Source: Moniliella sp. 'wahieum'
Lineage: Eukaryota
Length of the DNA stretch: 64,000 bases
Direction: 5' to 3'
Assembly: GCA_003971905.1 (NCBI GenBank)
Contig: RSEE01000047.1
Location: 248,001 to 312,000 of the forward strand
The translations under genes were made by a program, and so were the position numbers. The notes beneath the pieces were generated by a model. The model worked only from the letters and a program-made list of their open reading frames with translations, searched no databases and had not been told where the DNA came from. Numbering within the stretch: the first letter of the stretch is position 1; the number at the start of each line of letters is the position of its first letter. Below are positions 1 through 12,532 of this stretch, piece after piece.

Positions 1-1071
1 CGGTTGGGCGCCCCCTCCCCACCCGGGCTCCAATCAGTCCGCTCATCCAAGCCGGTCTCAATGCCGCTAGCGAGGTGCACAAGGCCAAGCAAGCTCTCCC
101 ACCAAAACCTACATGACAATTCAGCGCAGCACCAAGAAGCCCAAGTCGCTGAGGAGCAAGCATGGTGCTCGTTCCGATACCAGGCCCGAGCCTGGATCAG
201 GACCAGGTCCCACTTCCAGTGTTGGGGGTGGTACTTCCATCTCCAACGCTGGTCCACCCATTTTGGTGGCCCCACAGCCGCGACATGCCACTGCTGGGAA
301 TGATCTCACGTCTTCGCTCTACAAAAAGAAAGCAGAGGAAGATGGGATCAAGAGCCATGAGAGCGTTCGCTCAACATACACGGGACGGAGCAAACAATCA
401 TCTCATCGGTTAAACGAGCGCTTCTCCGAGCCGCCTGTCGGGAGGGGTGGCCATGGAGGGGCTGCTGGGTTCGCATCTTGCCACCCTGGGTGCTGGCGGT
501 CGACCGAAATCGCGAGTTTCGACCCGGGCTGCTCGCTACGCCCTTCTTCGTTCCATCCTGAGACTCGTGGCGGGTCTCACAAGAGTCGTGCCGCCGGAAC
601 AAATACGAGTACGGGTACGGACACAGGTCCGGCGCGGGGTTCCCGAGGAGCATCTGTTGGCCCTGTACCCAATGGCTGCAGGACCAGGATGCGATCCAAC
701 CTCCGTTGGGACAGCACCTGGCGCCTAGCCAGTCGATGAGCAGTATCGGTAGCTCCCACAATCTCCTATCCCCTCGCATACAAGGGATGATGATTCCTGG
801 CTGGGCAGCGTTGCCCCAGGCGCCTCTGATGATAGGATCGGTGGCGCCGAGTAGCGTGGAGGTGCCATTGGGTGCAAGAGCAGAGCGAGGCACGCGACGT
901 GTCTGTTACCTCTCACAGCTCGGGCGTGCCTTCCCAGTTTCTTCTGCTTGCTGCGCCTACTCGCATCTCAGGCTGGTGTCTGTGCTCGGGGAACGGCGCC
1001 GGATCCTTTCCCAATTTCCACTAAGTACACATGAGGACACGGAATTAAATGGTCTCCTCGATCCTGGGTAA
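1..1071 (+). CDS. 3' part of a hypothetical Ser/Pro/Gly-rich protein (frameshifted, begins outside window)
   Basis: Overlapping + ORFs 113-739, 447-728 and 706-1071 have coding-like composition and are followed by a pyrimidine-rich UTR-like tract; no recognisable domain. Confidence 0.3.
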
Positions 1072-1289
1072 TTTTTCGTGCCTTCTGTGTCTTTCTTCCT
1101 GCGTTTGCTCGGCATTCCATCCTATTTGGCAAGAGCGTGGCGCACAACGCTCTGTTCTACCAAAAACCAACGCTGCCCTATATTTTCGACCCGCTTTGGG
1201 TATCTAACTTTTGTGCCCCTACCCCTTTGTACCCCCTATGTTTCTCCCCATCTATCCCACACTGCGCACGCGTGGAGTTGTCCGGTCTT

Positions 1290-1320
1290 GTGCTGTTGCT
1301 GTTGCTGCTGTTGCTGTTGC
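1290..1320. repeat. (TGY)n trinucleotide microsatellite
   Basis: tgctgttgctgttgctgctgttgctgttgc read directly. Confidence 0.8.
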
Positions 1321-1464
1321 GCTCTGTACTCTTTATCGTCTCCTTTGCGGGAGCCCATGTTCCGTGCCCACTGAAGGGCAGACGCAGTCCCTAATGATGT
1401 GCTTGCCCCAAGCCGTCCTGTTGGCTGTTGGTGTTGCAGGAGAAGTAGTGTAGCCCGCGTACCT

Positions 1465-1548
1465 TGATGCTTGAAGCTTGAAGCTTGACGTGTGACGTGT
1501 GACGCTTGATGCATGACGCTTGATGCATGATGCTTGATGCATGATGGT
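1465..1548. repeat. 12-unit 7-bp-period TGA-NNNN array
   Basis: TGA recurs exactly every 7 bp: TGATGCT TGAAGCT TGAAGCT TGACGTG TGACGTG TGACGCT TGATGCA TGACGCT TGATGCA TGATGCT TGATGCA TGATGGT. Confidence 0.9.
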
Positions 1549-1712
1549 TCCATGGCAAAGAGGAGGCAGGCAAGTCGTGCGACCCAGAAGCAGTCCTCTT
1601 GCTGACACTTCTGTCTGACGTAAGGCGCACATCACGTGACCGGGGCCGCACCTTGGCTGCTGCTTGCTCTGCCGACTGCGGGCGACCGTCTCTGCGGCCG
1701 TCATTGCGGACA

Positions 1713-2843
1713 ATGCAAGGCCAGCCCGGCCGGTACAGGCCGTGGCGAGTCGCGCGTCGGAGCAGCGGCTGCGATGCCGGCGGGTGTGGGAGGTGGTGTC
1801 GCATCCGGATCCAGCATCGGTGCTGGCACCACCAGCACCAGCGCCGCGCGGCTGCCCCCCGCTCTGCCGCTCGCTCGCAAACCCGCGCTCGCCGACGAGC
1901 TTGGGGGGAGCGCGAGCCAGGTGTTGTTCCCAAGGCAGCCGAGGTGCATCCGCCAAGCATGTGGGCGCCCGTCGCACCTGGCGTGTCCGATGGAGCTATG
2001 TAGGAACAAGCGAGGCCAACTACCCGTTCCTTCGCTCCTTGTGTCTCCGCAACATTTCTTCTCTCGCCCGAACCGCCGGCTGCGGACCTGTTGCTCCTTG
2101 CCGAGGAACAGAGGACCACCATCACCCATTTTAATCTGGCCCCCGATCCTGTTGTCATCCCCCGGGCGGGGGGGGACTGGACCACACTCTCGGACGGCAC
2201 GAATCATCCGAACCGCCTGTCGGTCGCCATGGGCGAGACCGAGTCGGACGTGCTCAACGTGCCTGGGATCGAAACGTTCATGTCCCCCTGGTTGACCATG
2301 ATCCGTTTTTGGATGATGTCCCTCACACCCAACTGGTGGATCCGCTCAGCATCTTTTGGTCGTCGTCCAACATTGTTCGGTCCATCATCAGCCCGCATAC
2401 GATCCAACGCGTCTGGAAGCACTGGTGGACGTACGCAACCACCCAACGGCAATCGTGGATGTGTAGGTGCCGCTTCCAGCTTGTTTTCGCTTCTTTCCCC
2501 CACTGACCTTGACCTTGTGATGATTAGATCGGGCGTGCACGAAGTGGGGGTCGTGGTGGGCTGTCTGCGCAAGCTGCAGCTATGGAACTTTGCTGGAATC
2601 TTGATTGAGTATCGTACGTTGCCGGGAGCCGAGCTCGGCCCGAACACGAACGGTTTATCGAAGTACGTCGTTCCTCTGAGTTGCATGGACTTGATCTACT
2701 TACTCATCCGCCCCCCCTCCTCCCCCCTCTCCTATCAGACGTTCGACATCGACTCGCTCACCTTACCTCCCGAACCGTTCATACCCAAGTGGTTGCTCTA
2801 CCGCCCCAAAGGCGCAGCCCGATCCCGGAGGAAGCCAACTTAG
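1713..2843 (+). CDS. Siw14/OCA-family (Y_phosphatase2) protein, probable pseudophosphatase (Oca4/Oca2-like); start uncertain
   Basis: Motifs PPSMWAPVAPGV..NYPFLRSLCLRNI, LEALVDVRNHPTAIVDV|SGVHEVGVVVGCLRKLQLWNFAGILIEYR, ERFIE|TFDID; introns 2463-2527 and 2663-2738; several frameshifts. Confidence 0.8.
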
Positions 2844-2877
2844 CAAATATGTAGCATGAATAACACTCTTCTCCTCC

Positions 2878-3635
2878 TCAGCGTCTCTTGTTCTTCTTTT
2901 TGGGTTTCTTGACAGGCTGGGGAGTTGGTTGCGGGGATGGAGGGAGAGAAGGGGCAGGGATAGGAGGCGTCCATTCAGACAGTCCTCGATCAGCGGCATC
3001 TTGTTGCCGTAGAGCAAGCACGCGGTCTTCCAAGTCAAATAGGTAACTGTCCTTGACATGGTCGCCCAAGTGCCGGACGGCTCGTCCGCAGTGCGCAGGA
3101 GATAATCGTCGTTCCGCCCACTTGGACCCGAGGTGTGAAGATGCGCTCAGCCAGCTCGTCCACCGGCTCGGGCCCAACAAAAGCTGGGTTGTCGGGCAAA
3201 CCGACATAGAAACACATTGTCCAACCTTTCTCCTCGCTTGCCCACACCGTTACCGTGTTTCGGTGTACCCGTTCTTCTCCCGCCAGTCCAAGTACCCTTT
3301 CACCGCCTCTGCATGAGCAGGGTCGATGGTAAAGCTGTACCCCCACACGATACCCCCTCGGGGGGCTTTCGCCACTCGCTCGTGCCAGTCTTTGGCGGTA
3401 ACAAGGGTTACCACCCGTCCGGGCCGTGCTGGGGTGCCTCTGTGGTCGATGGACGCTGAGCAAAGCGTCGCGCATAGCCTTTGATGAAGCCTGGCGTCGC
3501 ACCAATCACGTGGGGCGGGGGACGGAAGATAAGACTCCCATAGCCAAACACGTCAAACGAGCCTTCAGGTCGCTCGGTAAGGATGGGCAAGTCGGATGCA
3601 GGCACTGCTGGGGCAGCTAACAAGTCGGCATGCAT
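2878..3635 (-). CDS. ChaC-family glutathione-specific gamma-glutamylcyclotransferase domain (possibly the C-terminal part of a JJJ1 fusion)
   Basis: VFGYGSLIF, GFIKGYARRFAQ.S.DHRGTP..PGRVVTL, YLDWREKNGY (catalytic Glu), YVGLPDNPAFVGP, DSYLFDLE; frameshifted. Confidence 0.9.
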
Positions 3636-5139
3636 CTTTTCGTACTCGGGCGAATTCCATAGACTCTCCTCAGCCGAGCCCGGGGTAGGGCACCGTGTTG
3701 GAGGCCAGGTGAAGGCGTCACTTCTTCATCCTCCGAACCTTGAAGGGCAGCAGCAGCTGCTGCCGCTTTGCGTTGCGCTTTTGCCTTCTTCTTGGACTTT
3801 TTGCTCTGTCCCGGCGCTGGTGCTTCGTCATCAGAGACATCCCTGCATCTCGTGTGCCAAGATCTACCTCGTTCAACTGAACTTTTTCTCGTCTGCTTCA
3901 TCTCCCGCTGGAGGCGTCGAACTTGCTGATGTTCTTGCTGTGCTCATGGTTGCGCAAAGGCTCGGAGCGGAAGAACTTGTCACACGCAAAGCAGGTAAAC
4001 TCGTTTGGGTCGCCCCATTCAACCTGGTCCGCAGCACCTTCGCCAGCTTCGGCTTCAGCATCCGCCCCCTCTACCCATCGGGACCTTCGTCTCTATCAAT
4101 CGCCTCGCCATCCGACGAATCAAACTCGGAGTCGAGGAATGCGTCGTGCTCTTCCCATGCTTGGCGTTCAGCAGCATACTTGGCTGCTGCCTCTTGCCGC
4201 TCGCGCTGCCGAGCTGCCGCCTCCTCCCGCGCCTGCTGTTGCCGCTTTTGTTGGGCTGACGGCTCGGCGGCCATGCGTTTGGAGTACTCTTGGAACCGAG
4301 GATCGCGCTTGCGCACAAACGAAGCGAGAGCATGGACAGTGTCGTTATACTCCCGCCGCGCCCGATCACGCGCTTTTTTGTTGTCCTTCTCCATCAACCT
4401 CTTGAGCCGACGATCGGGGGGTCCGAGGCGCGGTACTGATCTGCCCAGCCAAAGCTCTTGCGGGTGTGGAAATTGAGCCAGGCATCGTAAAAGTCCTTGA
4501 CTTGGGGGCCGCTATGATCCCGGGGCAGTACATATGCGTCTTGAAGACCCCCAAAGAGAGGGTATTCGATTGGATCGCCATTGTCCTCTCCGGGGTAAGG
4601 AGTGGCAAGCGTTCCTCCTCTGCCAACCGCTCAAAGAGACGGCGATACGTCCCGTAGAAGCCGCTGCTCTCTGCCACTTCGGGTCGTAGCTGCGCTTCGG
4701 ACGCAAAGCTCGGATCAAAGAACTTCATCAGATGACGCACCGTCAATCCTGGGCCGGAAGGTTTGGCTGGAGCTTGCGGGTTTGCCTGTGCGCAGGTCAT
4801 GGAACGTAGCCGGGTCGACGTCCTCCTCGTCCTCGTCGGCAGCCAGGTCGTCGTTTTGTGGGTATCGTACCATGCACGTCCTGTTCGTCACTGAGGACCT
4901 CATATGCGCTTGGATCAAATGAAAGCGCCGATTGGCTTCTCCTCCTCGCCTCGGTTCTTGTCGGGGTGGTGGACAAGAGCCAGCTTGCGAAACGCCTTGC
5001 GCACCTCGGCCTCCGTCGCGGTCTCCTCGATGCCCAGCAGGGCATAGTAGTCCTTGGCACTGGGGCCCCCGGGCCACGCAGCATCGGGAACATCGCCTGG
5101 AGTTGCACCCCCTCGACTCGTCGACGCAGCAGCACCCAT
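3636..5139 (-). CDS. JJJ1: JJJ1/DNAJC21-type J-domain co-chaperone with C2H2 zinc finger
   Basis: [27 protein letters not shown] domain; [46 protein letters not shown] zinc finger near 3930-3995; several frameshifts. Confidence 0.88.
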
Positions 5140-6199
5140 GCCTAAAGAAGCGGGTCAAGTGCAAGATCCAAGGGCGGGACACTGGTGGTTGGTCCAAGTA
5201 AAAGCGCTCTCATCTCTCACAAGTAGCCAATGGCAGGCCGGCGAAGTGAAAAATTAGGTCATCGACCCGCTGCTCCGTCCCGCCGGGTGATCGACGGATG
5301 ATCCCCAGGCGCTATGCACATCGTCCCGGCTATAATATGCTACGCGTGCTATATAGGCCCAGCTGGGCCCGCGGCGCCTCTCCGCTTCAACCAGCTCGGC
5401 CGATCAGGCGCGCGTGCCTTCGTTCTCGTTTGCAAGCCAGCTGTCGGGCGGGATTCGCTGTGCTCCGATCCTCGTCCCCGCCTCCGTTCCCGTGACATGC
5501 AGTCCTGGCCAAGCTCTCCTTTCCACCGTGCACTCTCTGCCGGGCTGCCGTTAAAGGAGGATTAGATCCGTCATCAGCAGTGCACATGCACCCATCGCCT
5601 CGTCAAGAGCGTTGTGGTCCTGCTCTCTTTTTTCCCACCTCCTCTCAACGCCCTGCTCACCTTCAAGCGTATCGTCAGCTAGTCCGCATCTGCTCTTGGC
5701 GTCTATATAGATACGTAACCAGCCTGCCGTACCATCAAACTGACCAACGGAAGAGAGTTCAACTGGGTCTGCATTTTAGACCGGGGGAGGGTCTGGCTAC
5801 TTTTGGTAAATAAGCGCTAGAAGCCAACATAAAGCAGGGACAGGCCCTCGCGCGTGACCTGACATATCATGTGTATGTGGAGCGAAGTCACGCGCGTGGC
5901 GCTTGGCTAACAGACGACGGCAGTCGGACCATGATTCCCCCTCTCGTCCAGCGAGAGAGCAGTTCAAGCAGGCAAGAGGTGCGGGGCCAAAGGGGAAACG
6001 CTGTGGGTTCACCCAAACGGTCCGAGATAGTACCGATCCTCAAGCCGCGGGGGGGGATGAGGATGAGAACCACTATTGTCAGAGGCGGTCGGCTGGCCAG
6101 CCAAAACATCAACGGGCTCCAACCCTTCTCCCGCCCCGGTAGGAGCTGGACGCCAGGCAGAGTACATCCCCATCGGGCCCGTTTCGAGCGGGCCCGAAG

Positions 6200-8047
6200 T
6201 CAGAGAACGCGAGAAGGGCATAGTGCTTGTTGAATGCGAATCGGAAGGTGCGGAGAAGGAGGGAGGGAGGCGGGGTGATGAGCTGTGACTTGGTGTAACT
6301 GCTGCGTTTGTTCAGGTACCTGCGAAGTGGAAGGGGACGAGGTCGAGGTCATGGGCTGTAAGGCAAGAGCATGAGTAAGAGCAGAAGGCTTGCTAGCCAT
6401 CAGGTTTGGCTCAGGATTCGGGTGGGAGCGGTAGGAATACATCGGGCCCGACGGAAGGGCCTGATGAACGAGTAAGGGGGGATAGAAGGTCTCGGCAGAT
6501 AGATCAGCGGGCGGGGGACCGTGTGGTGTATATGTCAAACCAGAGGGGTTAACCTCCAAGCCCCGTCCCGTAGCAGAGTAGGGAAGAGAAGCATATGCTC
6601 CTCCCGATGTTCCAGGGGATGTGGAAGAAGAGGCAAGGTGGGACTCGTGGGCTTGGTTCGATGGGCCGGCAGGAACCGTGAACCCTGGAGGTTGAAGGAT
6701 AGGGGAAGGGGGAGCATGACCCTGTGGGGGAAGAGCGGGAGTGGAGGCGGCCGTTGCGGAGGCAGAGGAGAAAGAGGTTGGCAAAGTAGGTCTGCGCTCC
6801 TCCAGGAACGAGGCTGGAATGTGGCCCACGTCAGGCTCACTCACGTAGAGGAGGGTCCCGTCGTCAGCACGGCGCGTTTGGGGCGGCACTCGAAATTTGG
6901 AAGGGGGGTGAAGTAGATCTGGCGAGAGGGACAGTGTGCGAAGCGACGTCTCTGACGGGACACGGAGGCGATTGGCCCAAACATCTTCCAGCGTATAATA
7001 CGACACGAGGTGGCAGGTCCCTCCATCCGTCTCGACGGAGATGGTCTACAAAGTGACTGGTTAGATGCCCGGCACTGATATGTCCTTTAGTCCATATCCC
7101 TGAAAAAGAACGTACCTTCTTACAGAGTCCTCGCTCCACAAAGGGGGAAGCGGCCGTAACGTGGGCCATAGCGCGGGACGCCTGCTCCTTCCGTCTCGGT
7201 GCAGAAGAAGGACGTGTCAAACGAGGGGTCAGAATATCGAGACTTGAATCAAGACTCCCCGTGCGCTCACGCCACGGGGCTTTTTTGTCCAACCCACGAC
7301 TGACAGGTGGTTGCATCTCTGCACCCCGTAGAGGCCCCACGCCTGAAACGGTGGCGGTGCCGCTTCGGGAAGCCAGGGCACTTGGACGTATCCGTGCGAC
7401 CGTGTTGGAATCAGGAGGGGATATGGTGCAAGTGGCCCGCCGTTTTGGCGGCAGGTTGGGCAGAGGGGAGGAGCCTTCCGATCTCTCAGGAAGCTGGTAG
7501 AATGTGGGGGGGGCAGGGGGTTCGGGAAGACGCCCAACAATAGGTGAGAAAGATTTGCGCTCAATCTGGCGGTAGACCTGGAGGAATAAAGATGGGTCAG
7601 CCTAAGCACATAGTGGCTTGAACGTCAAATCTTTAGCAGAGACGGAGGGGAGATACTCACGAGAAAGTTCTGGAGAATCCGACTAGGACTCCAGAGCAGC
7701 CCATCAGTCCAACGCTTAATGCCAGTCTCACGTTCATTGAAGATGAAGACCTGACCGGATCGGATCAGAGAGCGGCGTTCATCATCCCGCAAACGCCGCT
7801 GGATCAGGGGAATAAGCCCTTGTCGCACGGCTTCAAGAAGCAAGAGTGCATCCAGAGTTGTTGACACGTATCCTTCCCACGTGCTGGGTAATGGGGGCCG
7901 TGCGTGAGCGGGTACCTCCTGGGGCCGAAGAAGGGCGTAACTGTGCTGGATCGGCCCAAGGGCCGGCAGTGAGCGGGGCGGGAAGGAGCGGGGCGGGGAG
8001 GAGAGGGGTGGGAGGCAGCGCAGAGGGTGTAACAGTAGGATGAGCAT
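6200..8047 (-). CDS. Gti1/Pac2 (WOPR-domain) transcription factor; 3' end uncertain
   Basis: TWEGYVSTTLDALLLLEA..RRLRDDERRSLIRSGQVFIFNERETGIKRWTDGLLWSPSRILQNFL|VYRQ (intron 7578-7660); GLCKK and SYYTLEDV..LRVPS WOPRb part. Confidence 0.92.
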
Positions 8048-8560
8048 TACTGCTGCGATTATCTGGCGTCTGGTCTAGATGACCAGGGGTCGGGACATGG
8101 AGAAAGGAATAGAGCGGGGTCAGGGCGAAAATGGCGTGCGGCAGAACTGGCCCGGTTCGACTGTTAGTCGTTCAATAGGAGGTTGTCGACTTGGGCAGCC
8201 GTGGCGTAGGGAAGGGCACGTGGGTCGTTTTGGATGAGGAGCCGATAATGTGTCGACTTCGTACAAGAGAGGATCGCCAGGCAACGCTCAATACCAGAGA
8301 GCGTGGCAGACGAGGGCGGGAAGGAACTGGAAATAGAGCAGGCGTGTAGGAAGGCAGGTTGAGCCCAGCAGGTGCATGTCGTTTCGTCCGACCAGCTGAG
8401 ATGAAGCAAAAGGCGTATACAGCAAACTTCAACGCCAAATCCCTACAACGAGCAGAGCAAGCGAGCGAGTGCGACCGCACACGTTGGTTGGGGGGGGTCG
8501 TTCGGGTGAGGCCGAGGGCCGAGGGAGCACCAAACGAACAGTGGTGCCGTGGGTAATACT

Positions 8561-8561
<1 letters not shown>

Positions 8562-8598
<37 letters not shown>
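8562..8598 (+). repeat. poly-G homopolymer (~37 nt)
   Basis: Read directly; exact length unreliable in this assembly. Confidence 0.85.
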
Positions 8599-11335
8599 CT
8601 AGGAAGGACTCCCACTCCACGGGCCACTGCACGGCAGAAGATGTGAATGCACCGGTAGATCCGAGGCACCCGAAAGGAGTTCTGGGGGGAAAAGAACAAG
8701 CCAAACACCAAATACGACACAAGTAGGCTTTGGTGTGTGGTGACAGCTCGGCAGTAAGCGCAGACCGATGATAATCCACAAAACTGCACCAAGATGGGGA
8801 GAAGAAGGATGCTGATGCGACTGAGGGCACAGTACCTAGGCACGGGTGGGGAGTAGTGCGCGCAGAAACCAGCAGCCAGACAAGTATCACAGCGGGCAAG
8901 GCACCACTGCGATCAATAACAGCGGAGCGGTATGAGCCGGGGGATCGAGGAAGACGCGGGCACCTCAGACGAGTGCTGGACTGAGCGCTGGTGCCAGTAA
9001 TAGGGCTGTGATAGCTGCGACGGGGGGGCACAGCAGACCCAGAGGAAAGAAGAACTCAAGGGGTGGTAGAAGAAAAAAGACGCTGTCATCGTTCGCAAAA
9101 AGGTTATGGCCGCGTGCGAGCATGGTGGCAGAAGGCCGATTGAAGCTGCAAGCTTCACGTCAAGCTTCAAGCTTCAAGGCGGGGCGAGACAACACTGGGC
9201 TCGGCCATGGAATGTGGAAGCCTCTCACATCTCAGATCTCGCCGCATACGGCGGCGGACTGTGCCTGTACGTCAGCCGAACCGTTTAAAGCTTAAAAGCA
9301 TAAGTTCTACCGTCTCCTAGTAAGGCGTAACGCGTAACGGGTAACCTGTAACAGGCAGGTAACCCCAAAAACCCACACGGCCTCAGACCTCAGGCTGAGG
9401 CTTCAAGCTTCGGAGGCTGAGGCGCCGAGGCCTCGCTGTTGTTGAATGTGTTCCCCAACGTGCAAGTGAAGCATAACGGTAGGCCGTATGGCCCAAGCAG
9501 GCTCACCGGACCAAGCCATCTGGCCACCGGCCCACGCCCCGGCGTGGCTGGCAAAGCTTGTGTTAACTTCCACTGCGCATGCTCCACGCTGGACACAGAT
9601 CTAGCTGCTATAATTAAGTTGCGGCCCGAACAGTGCCTGCATCCTACTGCCTCAGGCCCCAGTGTCCTCGGCACAGCGCTCAGCCTCAGCGCTCAGCCTC
9701 CGCGCTTGCTGATTAACTAACTTTCGCCCACATTGCTGGGCTCCTGCGGGTGATGTGATGCGGTGTGGGGGCAGGAAAGGACAATAGTGCGAAGCGGCTA
9801 TGACGCGTGTGAAACGGGATGTGTGACAGCATTGTTGGTGCTAGATGCGAGGTGGAACCTGGTGGAACATGGAAGGTGCCACAGGGCTTGTGGACCTCGT
9901 TTGGGACACCGAACCAGCCAGCGCCACTACAGTCCTACTCCTAAGACGCGTCTAGTAACTGCTATAGTAGCGATGTTGCGGACCCAAGTGGGGCGGACGG
10001 GATGAGATTCTGGGATCTAAGAATGTATCGGCCGAACCGATTCAACATGTCCAGTCGATTGTCGATGGCGGATGGTCGGTGTTGGCTGGGCAACCACACT
10101 ACGAGTCTCGTTCGTTCTCAGATCTGAGTACACCGAAGGTTGGTTGAACGTTCAGTTGAACCATGAAGCTCTTGAGGCTTGAAGAGCTTGAAGCTTGAAG
10201 CTTGAACGCTGGCGCTGAACGCGTTGAACTCTTCAGTCTGAGTTCTGAGTTCTCTGACTCGTACAGGCGTACTTCGTACTTCTTAACCATTACGCATTAC
10301 TCAGCACTCCAGCCGCAACTACCAAAGCTTTGATGCCTAGGGCGGCCGCAGTGGGTGGGGGCGGGGGCGAGGAGGGCCAGGCGTGGGACAGTCATGGTGT
10401 ATGGTGGCCGGTGCCGGTGGTACTCGATACAACGTTGCGACGGTCCGCACAAGCTTCGCAATTTGCCCGCTCCACTGTCACCCATGTCACAACTCACTGT
10501 GGTGCATGATGTGTCACATGCTCAACCTTAGGCCTTAGAGCTTAGTCCCTAGTCCCTAGTCCCTGGCCACATGCAACGAACGTCACACGCGTCACATGTC
10601 ACATGTCACACTGGACAAGACATCACTGGCAGCACGTCCCTCAGTGCCGCATGCCGCCCCCAACATTCAAATTCAACCGGCCCCCTGTTCTTGAGCTAAA
10701 CCCAATTGTGTCGCAAACATGCCGTTTGAAATTGCAGAATACTGCGATGCTATATGAAACTTTGCATGCCGTGGCATCCTATAGCGTCGGTGGTTCGTCA
10801 CGCACCACGCGCCACCTGAGGCTGCCTCACATGCTCATGCTCGCTGAATCTCTCTGTTCATTAATCTTTGAACACGCTGAACGTACGTTCTGATCCTGAT
10901 CGCTCAGCCTGGTCGCTCAGCCTGAGGTCACCGGCCTCACCAGTCAGGGCCTGAGCCTCAGTGGAGCCCCACAAGATCCCAAAGCTCACCAGCGTCTCGC
11001 GTCACGCGTCGCGTCATCCATCATGCATCATCCATCATGCGCATCATGCATCATGCATCATGCATCGCATGTCACATGTCACAACGCCACAACTGAAAGT
11101 TGAAAGTTCAATGTGACACGTGACAAGTGACACCAGTGACTAGTGACTAGTGACATGCAAGTCAGGCCACATGTCACATGTCATTATGTGTACCGTGTGA
11201 ACAGCAGACCAGACCATAAGAGGGGTAAGGAAGTTTTGAGTGGAGCGAAGAGGGGGCGGGGGTTCACGACACAGGACGGAGAGAGGAGACAGGAGACGGG
11301 AGGCCACGAGCACACGCGGGCTGCCCGCTGCGCCC

Positions 11336-11519
11336 TATAACAGTCGGGACTAAACGAGGGAGACCAAGGTCCTCAGAGGCGGGGGGAAAGGCAAGATCGT
11401 CGGAGCAGGAAACAGAAGGCATAGTCTCGGGCAGAGAACAAAAGCAAAAGGAAAGGGAAAGAGCGAGAGACACAGGATGCAGAATTGGAAATTGGAGCGA
11501 GCTTAGTCATTCGGTGACA
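11336..11519. mobile_element. solo LTR (~184 bp), family A copy 1
   Basis: TATAACAG...GGTGACA (TG mutated to TA), flanked by CGCCC direct repeats at 11331-11335 and 11520-11524; closely similar to 46093-46273. Confidence 0.88.
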
Positions 11520-12532
11520 CGCCCCTGGGGCGCACTACGTCAGCCTGCCAGGCAAGCCATCTATCTACGCCACAACACCTTAGGCCTTACACCTTACAAA
11601 GCTGATCCATATAGGACCCAGTGCTCCCGAGTTGCACTCTAGCAGTCCCTAGTCCCTCACTAGTCACAGCGCCAAGGTTTTAGAATGTTGTAGTGCACGG
11701 CCTGGGTCCCAAACCCGTCGGAAACTTGACGTGTGAACATGTGAAAACGCATGTGAATGTGGTGAATTATACAACAATCGGGCTAGGAATTTAGATGCGA
11801 GGACGATATAGTGGGAGGAATTTCAAGAGGTCTATAGTGCAGGCATATCATGTACAGAGCTGAGCTGAAGCTTCAGCTGAGTCTATTGGCCAAAGAAATG
11901 CCTACCAGAATCCCCCATCCTGCGTATGCTGTTAACCCGTGTCAACCCAATCACCGCCACAACGAAGGAAATATAAGTAACGGCAAAAAACAACCACAAT
12001 TCTCGAAAAAGCTTGAAAACCAAGCATTTGAACCGCATCATACCATAGTTGAAAGAGCTCAAGGAGGGGACAAAGAAACGCTGCGTGTAATAACCCAACC
12101 TGCTCATCCGGCGTGTGTTGCTTGTTGGCGTCAAAACCGTTTTAGGAAACCAGATGAACAGCCAGCAGATCAGGACTCTCTGAGCTCGTGTGGATACGAG
12201 TGTGAGTTGTGGTATTATGGACATCCGAGCGATGAACCATCTCCGTTAATTCTTTCCAGTGACCACACATATCGCTCGCCGTCTTGGTGGGATATAGTAT
12301 CCTCGCGTCTCATCATAACCAAAGATGGTATTCTCCGGCATAGAGTATTCACTTATTTGTTCTCCCCTTTCTCTCAGCTCTCCTTTTTGTTAGCGGATGT
12401 GTGATACTCTATCTCGAGTCATCGATTGTATCGGTCACGCCACTGGTAAGCGGAAGCCATCTCGACTTTCCGCCCATGCGCGTGCGCAGCATTTGCTGCG
12501 CGCGCGCCTCCTTCCCCTCTTTCCTCTTCTCC

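Noticed and set aside
11185..11580. Older LTR hosting the family-A solo LTR
   Set aside because: Purine-rich flank is suggestive, but no matching termini or TSD were found
11850..12404. 184-aa ORF beside the LTR-like element as possible gag/pol
   Set aside because: No zinc knuckle, protease, RT or integrase motif recognisable
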